Positions 29,001 through 39,606 of a DNA stretch of 64,000 nucleotides are shown in pieces. The DNA comes from an uncultured virus (IMG/VR IMGVR_UViG_3300027747_004168) (lineage: Duplodnaviria > Heunggongvirae > Uroviricota > Caudoviricetes), in IMG/VR virus record IMGVR_UViG_3300027747_004168, one strand, 5' to 3'. The notes beneath the pieces are model-generated. The model saw only the letters and a program-made list of their open reading frames with translations. It made no database searches and had not been told where the DNA came from. Both the position numbers and the translations under genes were made by a program. The stretch's first letter is position 1. The number at the start of each line of letters is the position of its first letter.

Positions 29001-29855
29001 ATGGAAACGACCGAAACAAGGCCGAAGCGCGTCTGCAGCCCCAAGTACGCCGTCCAGAAGGCGAGGAAGGGCAAGAAGCTCAACCGCTGGGAGATCGAGG
29101 ACCTGTCGAGGGATCCCGAACAGTCCTTCCTCTACGCGACCAAGGCCATCAGGGGCAGGTTCCCCGAGGGCGAGCCGGCCATCGCCGCCTCCAAGTTCGC
29201 CCTAGAATACGCCAGGGATGTCGTGCAGGGACGGTGGGAGGAGTGCGAACCCCACCTCATCGAGAACATCACCAACGGGTACAACACCCGCAGGATGACG
29301 CTGGACTACTTCATCAATGTCGCCTGCGTGCGGAACGCCGATTTGGAAAGGTTCTTGCTCAGAAATGACATCGGGCGGGCCGCCGAATACGCCGAGAACT
29401 GCGTGAAGGGCCGGTGGAAGGAGGCCGAGTCCAGGATCCTCAAACAGGATCGCCTCGCCCACGACTACCACAGGAGGGTCATCAAGGGCAGTTGGCCCGA
29501 ACTTGAGCGCAAGATCCTGTTCCAGAAGAAGATGCAGTGGCACGAAGACCGCAAGGACATGCTCCAGGACTACCTAGAGGTCACGCCCGAGCCGGGAGTT
29601 GGGTTTGAGAAAAAACTACAGAAGTCCAACAGGGCAAGCCTCCTCCTCGTCTACGCGACCCGAGGCATCAGGGGCAGGCTTCCGCCGGCCCTCCACCAGA
29701 AGATGATGATGTTCAGCTTCGACCCCAAGAAGCAGGGGTCGGTCAAGAAATACATCAAGTTCCTCGAACACCGCGAACGCGGGATCCTCCGGTACCTGGC
29801 GGGCCTCACCGAGGAGGAACGCATGGAGGTAATGGAGAAGGTCCGCACGAAATGA
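29001..29855 (+). CDS. paralog family B (multi-repeat)
   Basis: About five YA..V..GRW/F/LP.E repeats; LPPALHQKMMMFSF. Confidence 0.8.
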   Translation: METTETRPKRVCSPKYAVQKARKGKKLNRWEIEDLSRDPEQSFLYATKAIRGRFPEGEPAIAASKFALEYARDVVQGRWEECEPHLIENITNGYNTRRMTLDYFINVACVRNADLERFLLRNDIGRAAEYAENCVKGRWKEAESRILKQDRLAHDYHRRVIKGSWPELERKILFQKKMQWHEDRKDMLQDYLEVTPEPGVGFEKKLQKSNRASLLLVYATRGIRGRLPPALHQKMMMFSFDPKKQGSVKKYIKFLEHRERGILRYLAGLTEEERMEVMEKVRTK

Positions 29856-29905
29856 TCCCCCTAAGAAACCCCGTCCGTCTGGACTCGCACGACAAAGGAA
29901 CATTC

Positions 29906-30184
29906 ATGGAAATCCCGAACGACTGGATGGCGAGCGAGAAGAGCAACACATGGCTCTGCGACGACGACGGGAACCATGTCGCTTGGTTCCATGTCGACGG
30001 CAGGTACATGGAGGTCAGCGTCACCCCCGACAACAGCCCGGGCTTCTACATCCGAGCCCTCCCCGACGAGGAGAACAGCCAGGAGAAGATCGCCAGGCAC
30101 ATCAACAGGAACCTCTCCGGGTGGTATGTCCGAAGGTGCAACATCAAGGGCGTGAACATCGAACCCAACGGCCAGGTGGCATAG
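29906..30184 (+). CDS. hypothetical
   Basis: Motif promoter and AAGGA. Confidence 0.6.
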   Translation: MEIPNDWMASEKSNTWLCDDDGNHVAWFHVDGRYMEVSVTPDNSPGFYIRALPDEENSQEKIARHINRNLSGWYVRRCNIKGVNIEPNGQVA

Positions 30185-30444
30185 TGTCGCTACGACTCAA
30201 CATCGAAGGCGGATACACCAGCCTGTCCGTACACACCTCCGACACCAAGCTCGAGGTCAGCTACCACCCAGCCAAGGAACAGAACCCCGAGTTCCTCGTG
30301 GTGGGGTACTGGGACAGCGATAGGTACGAGCGGGTGAACGTGTTCTTCAGGGACGAGCAGCTCGACCTCCTCATAGAGAAGGTCGGCGTCCTGGCCGCAC
30401 TGCGGTTTTCCTCTAAGAAAGAAGCCCAGTAGGGAAGGCACAAC

Positions 30445-31449
30445 ATGAAACTCTCAATCGAAAGCCTCGAGACGCGGTCCATGATGGCCGCGAACTGCAT
30501 CGACCCCGAGATCCGGTCCCTCTACACGAGCGGATACGCGGACGGCCAGCTCGGCCGGGCCGAGGTCGTCAACATCTTCAGGAGCGCCACTGACGGAGGC
30601 CAGGTGTCGGCAAACGAGGCCCTGGACCTCAGGAACATCGTGGTCGGCAGCAACATGCCCGCCTCAGTGAAGTGCCTGGCCACCGACGTCCTCGACGCCA
30701 AGCCCACGGCGGCCACCATGAACCAGCTCATCGACAAATGGTTCTACGGCAAGGACCGGCCGTCGCTCGGGGGCTTCACGGGGATCTCCTACCAGACGGT
30801 GAGCGGAACCCTGTTCGTGGGCGGCGCTTCAAGCTCCGACATCCAGCAGGGGGGCGTGGGCGACTGCTACCTCCTGACCTCCCTCGGGGCGGTGGCCGAC
30901 AAGCTCGGCGGTACGGTCAACACCATGTTCGCGGACAATATGGACGGCACATGGGCCGTGAGGTTCTACAAGCTCGACGGCACCAGGTACATCGAGGACT
31001 GGGTGACCGTGGACAACCAGCTCCCCGTGAACTCAGCGGGCTTCTCCGTGTTCGAGAACTTCGGGTCTAACCGCACGAGCCCGACGAACGAGCTCTGGCC
31101 CGCCCTCGCCGAGAAGGCCTACGCGCAACTCGTCAGGGGCAACTCCTACGCGGGACTTTCCGGGGGCTGGTCCAATGTCGTGTTCGGCCAGGTGACCGGA
31201 CGGACGGCCATCAGCAGCCTCGACGCCACGGCCACAACGGCCCTCGCCTCATACGTCTCGCAGGGGGCCGCGGTCGTGATATACAGGTACATGGACGACG
31301 CCCACACGCGGGGGCACGCCTACTACGTCAAGTCATACAGCAACGGGGTCTTCCAGCTCCAGAACCCGTGGGGGTACGCCCACCTGTCCCTCGACGCCAG
31401 CCAGATCCGGAGCCAGTGCTACGGGTTCGCCGTCGCCACCAGGGTATGA
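30445..31449 (+). CDS. calpain-like (C2) cysteine peptidase with planctomycete-type N-terminal motif
   Basis: QGGVGDCYLL, WPALAEKAYA, GHAY, QNPWG; N-terminal LSIESLETRSMMA. Confidence 0.85.
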   Translation: MKLSIESLETRSMMAANCIDPEIRSLYTSGYADGQLGRAEVVNIFRSATDGGQVSANEALDLRNIVVGSNMPASVKCLATDVLDAKPTAATMNQLIDKWFYGKDRPSLGGFTGISYQTVSGTLFVGGASSSDIQQGGVGDCYLLTSLGAVADKLGGTVNTMFADNMDGTWAVRFYKLDGTRYIEDWVTVDNQLPVNSAGFSVFENFGSNRTSPTNELWPALAEKAYAQLVRGNSYAGLSGGWSNVVFGQVTGRTAISSLDATATTALASYVSQGAAVVIYRYMDDAHTRGHAYYVKSYSNGVFQLQNPWGYAHLSLDASQIRSQCYGFAVATRV

Positions 31450-31500
31450 TCCTCTAAGGAACCCCGGCCACGGGGAACCCCCGACACAAGGAGAAAAGCC

Positions 31501-32010
31501 GTGGGATACACGCACTACTGGTACCGCAGCAAGGACTTCACCCGCGAGCAGTGGGAGAAGATCTGCCTCGAGACCCTCGACATCGTCGTGAAGCACTGCG
31601 ACAGGAAGCGGATCACCCTCGCTTGGGAGTACGACTCCCCCGCCGAGCAACAGCCCACACTGTTCGGAGGCCCCAAGTGGGGTCCCAAGCCCCCGCAGGT
31701 GGACGGCGACACCATCCGTTTCAACGGCTGGAAGGACGAGGGCCACGAGACCTTTATGGTCACCCGCGAGATGCAGGCCCCGCAGGACTTCGTGCAGAGC
31801 GGGGAGCACTTCGACTTCTGCAAGACCGCGCACAAGCCCTACGATATGGCGGTCATGCTCGTCATGCTGTCCATGAAGCGTCACGCCCCCGACAGCGTCA
31901 GGCTGGGTTCGGACGGGGATTGGGACCACGAGTGGGTCTCCGCGAGGGAGGTCTACAAGAAGTTGTTCGGCGTCGAGGCGGACTGCCCCTTCGAGGCAGA
32001 GACGGCCTGA
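31501..32010 (+). CDS. conserved phage hypothetical
   Basis: MGYTHYW...FCKTAHKPYD...SDGD. Confidence 0.75.
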   Translation: MGYTHYWYRSKDFTREQWEKICLETLDIVVKHCDRKRITLAWEYDSPAEQQPTLFGGPKWGPKPPQVDGDTIRFNGWKDEGHETFMVTREMQAPQDFVQSGEHFDFCKTAHKPYDMAVMLVMLSMKRHAPDSVRLGSDGDWDHEWVSAREVYKKLFGVEADCPFEAETA

Positions 32011-32276
32011 CACAAATCCGGGAGTGGAGGTGCGTGCATGGAGGCCCGCGTGTCCGTAAAATCCGTACGCCGGTTCCCGGACCTGCAGAGGCTCGCCAGG
32101 GAACGGGGCTACACGGTCGAGAGGGACGTCCATTGGATATTCTGGTGGCGCAACGAGGATCCCGTACGCAGGTACGAGAGCCACGGGATAGCCTCGGCCG
32201 CGGAGGACATCATCCTCGACCATTCCTCTAAGAAACACCTCGGGGCGGGAACGAGGCAGACCCCAGGAGAAAGAAC

Positions 32277-32576
32277 ATGAACGCCAAAGAAAAGAAGATC
32301 GTCGATCGCCTCGTCGAAAAGTGCGGGATCAAGGATCTCAAGGTCTCCCGCCGGTCCGACAGGGAGTACGACCTGTCCTTGGAGGGCAGGTACATGAGGG
32401 AGATGAACTTCTCCGCGTGGCTCCCTCTCTTCGCCATCAGGGAACTGACCCTGTGGCCCAGCGAGGAGATCGCACAATGCACCGACTACCCCGAGATGGT
32501 CGTCGAGGGGGACTGGAGCGGCGTGCGGGACAGCGACCCCGAGAAGATCTGGGCGATCTTCCACAGGTTCGTCTAA
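32277..32576 (+). CDS. hypothetical
   Basis: Motif promoter and AGGAG. Confidence 0.65.
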   Translation: MNAKEKKIVDRLVEKCGIKDLKVSRRSDREYDLSLEGRYMREMNFSAWLPLFAIRELTLWPSEEIAQCTDYPEMVVEGDWSGVRDSDPEKIWAIFHRFV

Positions 32577-32624
32577 GAAACCCTCCCGACTCGGAACCAC
32601 CACCACACCCCCAAGGAACCAACC

Positions 32625-34391
32625 ATGGACACCCTCAAGCTTCACGAGATCCTCGAGCAGGAGTACTGCAGCACCGCGAGCCGCCTCCTCGGCAGGGAAT
32701 GCACCCTCGAGGACATCGGCGGAGAGGACCGCGAGCGGGCCCGCGCCGCATGGCGTCACCGCCTGTCCCGCCACGGCGTCACCTGGGAGTACGACCCCAA
32801 CGGCTACGGGGTCGACGACCGACACGACCACACCTCGGTCAGCGACTTCATGGTGGACAAGGGGGAGACGACCCTGTTCATCCCCGACGCCCTGGCGGAG
32901 AAGATCGTCGAACTGGGCCGCCTGCCCGACCCGGAGGCCAAGCCCCGGGCATCCTCGAAGAAACTCAACGCGGACGGAACCCCCTGCACCACCACAGGAG
33001 AACCGATCATGCGAGCCGCACGCAACACCACCCAGTATGTCAACCTGTCCGTCGTCGAGCCGAGCGAGGACGGACGGCGCATCGTCTTCCGCTTCGACAA
33101 CGGCACCCGCTTCGAATGGAGCGTCGTAGACCACAAGTTCTACCACGGCGACACGGGACTGGAGTTCGGTGCCGTCCACTTCGGCAACATCGTGTGGGGT
33201 GCCAACGAGAAGGGCGAAATGATCCGCCCGGGCCACCCGACATTCTTCAGCACGATCCAGACCCGCACCAAGCAGGGCTGGGCCCACAACTTCTTCCGCA
33301 TCCTGTCCCTGTACATCAAGAAGCGGGTGGAGGACCACCGCCGCGACGGGGCCTACCGCCTCGCGGAGAAGCGTCTCAACAAACTCGACACGATGGTCAA
33401 CCGCGACCTGATCTGGCCGATCGAGAGCCTCGCCAAGAACAACTTCGTCGCCCAGATGAACCTCGACAACCTGTGCCAGCAGGTCTTCAGGGGCGGGCGG
33501 GTGCTGTCCTTCAAGGACATGCAGGAGAGCGGGCTGGACAAGTGGTTCTTCACCCATGTAGGCGAGAGCGTCGCCCCCCGATACCTCCGCAACGACCACA
33601 ACCACTACAACATGAACGAGGATGTCTACGCGGGCGACGAGAACCGCCAGTTCATCCTCGGCAACTACATGGAATCCTACCGCACGGCGGTCAAGGCGGG
33701 CATGGGCGATGTCTTCCGCTATGTCTGGGAGAAGTACCAGTTCCCCCTCGCCGCCCAGACCTACTACTTCAGCGGGTTCAAAGACTGCTACGACTACCTG
33801 ATCGGCCTCGGCTACGACAGCAAGCGTCTGATGGACTACCTGTTCGAAGACATCGACCATCAGGGACTCTGCCAGCACATCAACAGGAACATGGAGGACA
33901 TGACCCTGATCCGCGACTACGCCCGCATGGCTACCGCTGTGGTGGGGCGTGACTTCGACCGCTACCCCCGCTACATCAAGACCGCCCACGACATCGTGAT
34001 GCGGAACTACCGCGTCAACCAGAGCAAGATCCTCGCCAAGAAGTACGAGGAAGTGTGCGAGGGCCTGAAGAAGATGGAGTTCAAGGGCGAGCAGTACAGC
34101 ATCGTCGCCCCCGCGAGCCTCGACCTTGTGGTGAAGGAGGGGCAGAGCCTCAACCACTGCGTGGCAAACTACATCGAAGGGCTGGTGGCGGGCAAGTACG
34201 CCATCGTCTTCCTCCGCAAGAGCGACGAACTTGACCGCCCCCTCGTCACCGTGCAGGTGCAGGACGGCAGGGTGACGCAGGCGAGGGGAGTCAACAACCG
34301 CCCCGCCACACGCGAGGAGCAGGAGTTCCTCGACAAGTACTCCGAGCAACTCGCCAAGCAGAAGAAACTGAAACTCGAGGACGCGGCCTGA
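32625..34391 (+). CDS. family A domain fused in frame to a PcfJ-like protein (internal start 33009)
   Basis: FIPDALAEKIVELGRLP; C-terminal KEGQSLNHCVANY..FLRK..PLVTV..QARGVNNR. Confidence 0.8.
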   Translation: MDTLKLHEILEQEYCSTASRLLGRECTLEDIGGEDRERARAAWRHRLSRHGVTWEYDPNGYGVDDRHDHTSVSDFMVDKGETTLFIPDALAEKIVELGRLPDPEAKPRASSKKLNADGTPCTTTGEPIMRAARNTTQYVNLSVVEPSEDGRRIVFRFDNGTRFEWSVVDHKFYHGDTGLEFGAVHFGNIVWGANEKGEMIRPGHPTFFSTIQTRTKQGWAHNFFRILSLYIKKRVEDHRRDGAYRLAEKRLNKLDTMVNRDLIWPIESLAKNNFVAQMNLDNLCQQVFRGGRVLSFKDMQESGLDKWFFTHVGESVAPRYLRNDHNHYNMNEDVYAGDENRQFILGNYMESYRTAVKAGMGDVFRYVWEKYQFPLAAQTYYFSGFKDCYDYLIGLGYDSKRLMDYLFEDIDHQGLCQHINRNMEDMTLIRDYARMATAVVGRDFDRYPRYIKTAHDIVMRNYRVNQSKILAKKYEEVCEGLKKMEFKGEQYSIVAPASLDLVVKEGQSLNHCVANYIEGLVAGKYAIVFLRKSDELDRPLVTVQVQDGRVTQARGVNNRPATREEQEFLDKYSEQLAKQKKLKLEDAA

Positions 34392-34872
34392 TCCTCGAAG
34401 GAAGAGGGAGTGCAAGGAACCCAGGGCATGAAGATCAAGAAGATTTCCCCCCTGACCTCCCCGGGCGTCGCCAAGTCCGCGACTGTACGGACCTGCTCCG
34501 CCTGCGGAACCCCCATCAAGACCACCATCCTGCGCCAGTGCCCCAGGTGCATCAGGGAAAGGCGTGGCGTCTGATGCACTTCAGCAATCGTGACATCGAC
34601 CGCATCGTCCAGACCGGCTCCGAGGCGAGGATTCAGTACTGGGCCTACGACATCGTGGCCGAGAGGCTCGAGCAGACTGGGTTCAAGAGGAGGAGCGGGA
34701 TCGCCTGCGAGGGGCCCATCACCATGGAAGGCTCCGTCTACTGCAACAAAAAGGGCGACAGGGTGGTTCTGAGCACACACAGGTTCATCGGGCCCATCAC
34801 CGTCATCAAGTCCATCCCGGCATCCTCGAAGGAAGCCGAAAACTAAGGATGGAAGCCCAGAAAGGAACCGCC

Positions 34873-35232
34873 ATGCACGCCTACCTAGAACCCACCGACG
34901 CCGACGCCTTCGTGGACCACCCCGTCCAGGACATGGACGACGCCGCCAAGTGCGGCATGAACATCCTCTGCCCCCAGTGCAAGGGACACGGGGGCTGGAA
35001 CCTACGGCTCAACGCCTACCCGCTGCACGAGCACGCCGACACCCCAGAGAACCGCCACAGGTACTCCCACTTCCGTGCCCACTGCACCCAGTGCCAGGGG
35101 TACGGGTATGTCACAGAGGACAACGCCGACCACATCCACGAGTGGGTGCGGGTCAAGAACATCGGCAACTGCCTCAACCTGTACGAGTGCAAGGTGTGCA
35201 AGCGTCAGCGCGAAGTGGACTCCTCCGACTGA
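34873..35232 (+). CDS. zinc-finger protein
   Basis: CPQCKGHGG, CTQCQGYG, CKVC. Confidence 0.7.
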   Translation: MHAYLEPTDADAFVDHPVQDMDDAAKCGMNILCPQCKGHGGWNLRLNAYPLHEHADTPENRHRYSHFRAHCTQCQGYGYVTEDNADHIHEWVRVKNIGNCLNLYECKVCKRQREVDSSD

Positions 35233-35437
35233 TCCCCTAAGGAACCCGAACCCCCAGGAACAGACACCAGAAAGGGACCCCAAATGACCGCCATCTACTG
35301 CATCCTCTCCTTCCTCGCCGGCATGATCGTCATGGACGCCTTGTGGGGCTGGAAGACCGGCACCATCACCCGCGTCATCGACCGCATCCGGGGACGGTAG
35401 TTCCTCGAAGAAACCCCACCCCGAGGGAACATGGGTC

Positions 35438-35683
35438 ATGGAAGAAGCGGTAAAGAACAAAATCCGCTCCTGGTTCCGCTCCGGCCACCTTGAAGGCACG
35501 GCGAGAAAGCTGAAGGGGAGGATCGTCTACGGCTACGGGGCCAGGAGGGGCTTCGTAAACATCGAGATCCGCCCGCCCGGGTCGAGTCCCTTCTCCCCGG
35601 TCCCGGTCTGCGTCGAGGTTCCAGCCAAACTCGAGAAGGAAATCTTGCTGGGCTGGACGCCATTCATGGAGCCGAACAAGTGA
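35438..35683 (+). CDS. paralog family A (divergent)
   Basis: VEVPAKLEKEILLGWTP. Confidence 0.55.
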   Translation: MEEAVKNKIRSWFRSGHLEGTARKLKGRIVYGYGARRGFVNIEIRPPGSSPFSPVPVCVEVPAKLEKEILLGWTPFMEPNK

Positions 35684-36123
35684 AGGTCAAAACCAACAAG
35701 CCCGACGCCTCCTGGCTCCGGCACGCGAGGCGGAGCGGGTTCACCACGAGGACGGGCAACACGGACTGCCCCCTCAAGAAGACCCTCCTCGACATCGGCG
35801 GGTGGGGGGCCTGCATCCCGCACATCGAGCCCGACCTCCTCAAGATCCTCGAGAGGGGACGTAGGTTCCCCGGACGCTCGAAGATGATGAGGGGCGAGCC
35901 CTGCCGCTGCCACTCGAACTCGGCCGCCTGCTGGGACGAGAACAGGGAACTCTGCAGGATCTGCACGGGCTACGCACTCAGCAGGGACGGCATGTGGCGC
36001 CAGCACTCATGGGTCTACACAAACGACGGGGCAGTCGTCGAAACCACGGAGAAGCGCGTCGCATACTTCGGATTCGTCATGGACGAGGACGAGTGCGAGG
36101 AGTTCCTGGCACAAAACTGGTGA
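35680..36123 (+). CDS. transglutaminase/papain-like fold hypothetical
   Basis: CHSNS...TGYAL...WRQHSW. Confidence 0.55.
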   Translation: MKVKTNKPDASWLRHARRSGFTTRTGNTDCPLKKTLLDIGGWGACIPHIEPDLLKILERGRRFPGRSKMMRGEPCRCHSNSAACWDENRELCRICTGYALSRDGMWRQHSWVYTNDGAVVETTEKRVAYFGFVMDEDECEEFLAQNW

Positions 36124-36273
36124 CTTTCAGAAGCGCGTTCCGTCCACGGATTTAGGGCATTTTAGCGTTCCGAAGAACTCCCCCCTGACCAAATCCGTCA
36201 GGGGGCCGGGCGGAGTTCCTCGAAGAAACCCCCGACGCCGGGAACCGAGTCCACCACCCCGGAGAACGGAACA

Positions 36274-36639
36274 ATGCCCTGGTTCACAGTCAAAAGCGTA
36301 GATCTCGTCTGGGCCCCGATCGGAACGTACACCAACAAGCGGGGCGAGGAAAAGACCCGCTTCCTCAAGATCGGCGTGAAGATCACGATGCAGGACGGAT
36401 CCCACTGGTTCCACTCCCTCAAGCACGGCAGTTGGACCAAGCACCACCTGCCCGTCCAGAAACTCGACCGTCTCGGACGCCCCGAACGGGATCCGCAGGG
36501 CAATCCCGTCTTCCTGCCCGAACGCAAGGAACGGTACAACACAAGGGAACTCCACAGGGAATGGGGTGTGCGCAAGCCCGAACTCGTAGCGTCCCTCGAG
36601 CGTGCCGTCGCCGAATCCGAGGAACAGGGGCTCGACTAG
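36274..36639 (+). CDS. hypothetical
   Basis: Motif promoter at 36216. Confidence 0.7.
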   Translation: MPWFTVKSVDLVWAPIGTYTNKRGEEKTRFLKIGVKITMQDGSHWFHSLKHGSWTKHHLPVQKLDRLGRPERDPQGNPVFLPERKERYNTRELHREWGVRKPELVASLERAVAESEEQGLD

Positions 36640-36642
36640 AGC

Positions 36643-36840
36643 ATGAAAAACCCGACCCTATCCGTACTGCTGTTCGCCGTCGCATTCCTGGCCATAGTCT
36701 GGTGGCCCGTGGCGATAATCTGGAGCGTGAACACGCTGTTCAACACGGAGATAACCGTCAACTTCAGGACGTGGATCGCCGTGGTCCTGCTCGTGAGCAT
36801 CCTCAAGATCTCGATCTCGGGATACTCGAAGAAAGACTGA
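36643..36840 (+). CDS. small membrane protein
   Basis: Hydrophobic; WPVAIIWSVNTLF. Confidence 0.65.
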   Translation: MKNPTLSVLLFAVAFLAIVWWPVAIIWSVNTLFNTEITVNFRTWIAVVLLVSILKISISGYSKKD

Positions 36841-37414
36841 CCCCCGGGAACCGACATTCCACAAGGAGGTGGAGAATGGATCCGAACTACGGAGAGTGGT
36901 GCGACTTCCACGGGATCGACCCCGACCGCATCGAGCTCGTGCGCGAATACCTCAAGGCGGAGTGGATCGTCGATCTCGACGAATACCCCGCACAAATCAG
37001 GGACAAGGCCCTGGCCCTCGCCGCCTGCATGTGCGGCACCTCGAGCGTTCCGGCCATAGCGGGGGCAATCGCCATGGAAGTCCTGCCGATCTGATCCTCG
37101 AAGGAAACCCGACCCGCGGGAACCCAATCCACCCAAGGAGAACCACATGTACACCCTCGAGATCACCTTCCAAGACGGCATCGTCGGCCGCCTCGACTTC
37201 AAGACCGAGGAGCAGGTCAAGCGTTGGCTCCCAGTGCTCGCCGCCACCGATGTCATGGAGAGGCACCGAGCCGTCTCCTATGTCGTCATCCCGCCCAAGA
37301 AGGAAGTATCGGCCGAGGCGGCGTGATCCTCTAAGGAACCCCCTTGACACGGATCGTACCATGTCCTGAACGCGGTTCAGGACAAACCACCCCTTCCCAA
37401 GAAAGCAGAGAACC

Positions 37415-38134
37415 ATGAAGACCCTCTCCCCCACCATGCAGTCCGTCCTCGACGCCCTCGACTTCGGCGGGCGTCGGATCGTCACCATCCAGACCGTCAC
37501 CATGCCCAGCCTCAAGGCCAAGCACCCGTTCGCCAGCACGACGGGGCGGGCGACCACGACCGACCACGGCCTGCAGAAGTTCAGCGAGTGGGACATGCAG
37601 GTGGGCGACGAGGGCCTCTACGGCTTCCTCGTCAACTGCCTGTGGGCGGTGATCGGCAAGACCGACGAGAACGGCCAGCCCCGCCAGTTCACGGCACAGG
37701 GTGCGTTCTACGAGCGTCGGAAGCGTGCGGACGGCACGGCCTACCCGTGGGCGGTCGCCACCCCCAAGGACGCGACCGAACCCGTCCTCTACCTGCCCGG
37801 TGCCGTCATCAAGACGCACGCCCACCGCTACGAACACAACGGCGTGATCGTGCCGAACGATCAGGTGGACGGCGTGTGGACGCGACCCGACTACGCCCCC
37901 AAGACGCAGGAAGTCGATCCCGCCGACCGCTTCATCCGCTGGCGTGCCCCCAAGGTCGCCAACATCGCCAGCGTCAAGGTCAACGGCGAGGTCACGGAGG
38001 GCGAGTGCATCGACTCCTTCCGTCAGGCGGTCGAGCGGTTCCGCGTCGCGGAGGGTCTCACGCAGGAGCAGATGAGCAAGGTGTTCACGATCTCCAAGGA
38101 AACCGTCGAACAGACGGCCTCCCAGACGGTCTGA
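37415..38134 (+). CDS. hypothetical
   Basis: Motif promoter; strong codon bias. Confidence 0.75.
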   Translation: MKTLSPTMQSVLDALDFGGRRIVTIQTVTMPSLKAKHPFASTTGRATTTDHGLQKFSEWDMQVGDEGLYGFLVNCLWAVIGKTDENGQPRQFTAQGAFYERRKRADGTAYPWAVATPKDATEPVLYLPGAVIKTHAHRYEHNGVIVPNDQVDGVWTRPDYAPKTQEVDPADRFIRWRAPKVANIASVKVNGEVTEGECIDSFRQAVERFRVAEGLTQEQMSKVFTISKETVEQTASQTV

Positions 38135-38232
38135 TACAGTGGGAACCCCTCCCAGCCCAACGGCTGGGAGGGGTCTTCCCCTAAGAAACCCAAGGCTGAA
38201 GGAACAGGGTTTACCGCCCCAAGGAGCCGACC

Positions 38233-38496
38233 ATGTACCGCCTCACCGTCACGATCCACGGCAACCCCGACCGCAACCAAGGCGAATGGGAGGAGACGCA
38301 CACGCTCTCCGCCAGCGACATGAAAACCCTCCGCAAGGTCGTCAACGACTTCCAGCGGGACAACGATGTCGGAGGGGGCAACTGGGGCAACGCCGAACTC
38401 CGCGAGGACGGCCGCATGATCGGCCACATGTCCTACAACGGACGGGTCTGGAAGGGGAAGTACTGGGAGGAGAACCGCGAGGAAGTCATCCTCTAA
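38233..38496 (+). CDS. conserved phage hypothetical
   Basis: GNPDRNQ...GGGNWG...SYNGRVW. Confidence 0.75.
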   Translation: MYRLTVTIHGNPDRNQGEWEETHTLSASDMKTLRKVVNDFQRDNDVGGGNWGNAELREDGRMIGHMSYNGRVWKGKYWEENREEVIL

Positions 38497-38524
38497 GAAA
38501 CCCAAGGCGAGGGGAAGACCATCC

Positions 38525-38878
38525 ATGAGCGACACCATCAAGAACAAGCATGTGCTGGGCGGCCTCACCCTGCGCGACCTCACGGGGAAGATCAATGACC
38601 TCCAAGTCTGGAGCGTCGAGCTCGACGGCCAACTCTGCGAGCGTTTCGTCCTTTCCGCGAACCGCATGGATCTCTGGGACGCCGACCGCCGATACCACGC
38701 CGAGGAATCCGCCGACCGGATTATCGACCTCGACACCCCCGTCAAGGTCAGGGACGGCAAGGTCGTCCTCATCGACCCCGTCACGGGCTTCGAGGAGACG
38801 ATGGTCTTCGGCCGTACGGAGTTCGTGCCGAGCAACATCAGTATCCTCGAAGAAACCAGACCAACAGGGAACAGGTAG
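38525..38878 (+). CDS. hypothetical
   Basis: Motif promoter at 38488. Confidence 0.7.
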   Translation: MSDTIKNKHVLGGLTLRDLTGKINDLQVWSVELDGQLCERFVLSANRMDLWDADRRYHAEESADRIIDLDTPVKVRDGKVVLIDPVTGFEETMVFGRTEFVPSNISILEETRPTGNR

Positions 38879-38974
38879 AGTCGAGAGGGAGCGAACTCGC
38901 CAAGAGGCCAAGAGGCCACACTGGAAAAGTTGCAGTAAGGAGCCTCCTCCCGACTCCACCAAAGGAACGGAACC

Positions 38975-39148
38975 ATGAAGAAGTACACGATCCACATCAC
39001 CTTCGAGACCGACCGCGAACTCACCGTGGACGAGCAGAACCTGCTCGTCGGGGCCTGCCAAGTGCAGGTCGAGGAGCCGGTCGACGCCGAGGGCGAGGAC
39101 ATGGAAGTCAGCGTCGAAGTCACCAGGGCCAACATCACCTGGGCCTGA
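38975..39148 (+). CDS. small acidic hypothetical
   Basis: AAAGGA RBS; followed by the stem-loop element. Confidence 0.6.
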   Translation: MKKYTIHITFETDRELTVDEQNLLVGACQVQVEEPVDAEGEDMEVSVEVTRANITWA

Positions 39149-39154
39149 TACAAA

Positions 39155-39225
39155 GGTGGTTCCCGCTCGAGCGGGTCAGGGCCTCGTTCCCCCTGACCCG
39201 CTCGCGGGGCTGCCTCTAAGAAATC
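39155..39225 (+). repeat. stem-loop plus motif element (related copies at ~49694, 51527, 54030)
   Basis: GTGG(T/C)..CCCG-CT-CGAGC...GCTCG-CGGG..CT.CCTC.AA with a covarying inner stem. Confidence 0.8.
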
Positions 39226-39261
39226 CCGCCCCAACGGAACACCACCAGAAAGGAACCCAAG

Positions 39262-39570
39262 ATGGACGACTTCGAGATCATCCACGCCTACACCGCCGAA
39301 CAGGCCATCGAGGACGGCGTGCTGGTCCACCCCTACCCCAAGCGGTGGCCCAACCTGCTCGTCACCCAGAGCATCCACACGGACTGCAAGGCGCAGGAGG
39401 GACGCACCTACGACCAGACCCTAGTCCCCCTCCTCATGGACTGCATCATGGCCGTCCAGGCCACCAAGAAGGAACCTCCCGTCGTACTCGAGCACACCGC
39501 CGTCGGAACCGTCTGGATCATGCCCAACGAACTCGGCGGGATGACCGTCATGAAGCCCGAGGACTACTGA
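39262..39570 (+). CDS. hypothetical (IHAYTAEQAIEDGVLV)
   Basis: N-terminal motif common in MGE proteins; C-terminal TVMKPEDY. Confidence 0.7.
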   Translation: MDDFEIIHAYTAEQAIEDGVLVHPYPKRWPNLLVTQSIHTDCKAQEGRTYDQTLVPLLMDCIMAVQATKKEPPVVLEHTAVGTVWIMPNELGGMTVMKPEDY

Positions 39571-39606
39571 TCCTCGAAGCAACCCCGCCACCAAGGAAAG
39601 AACGAC

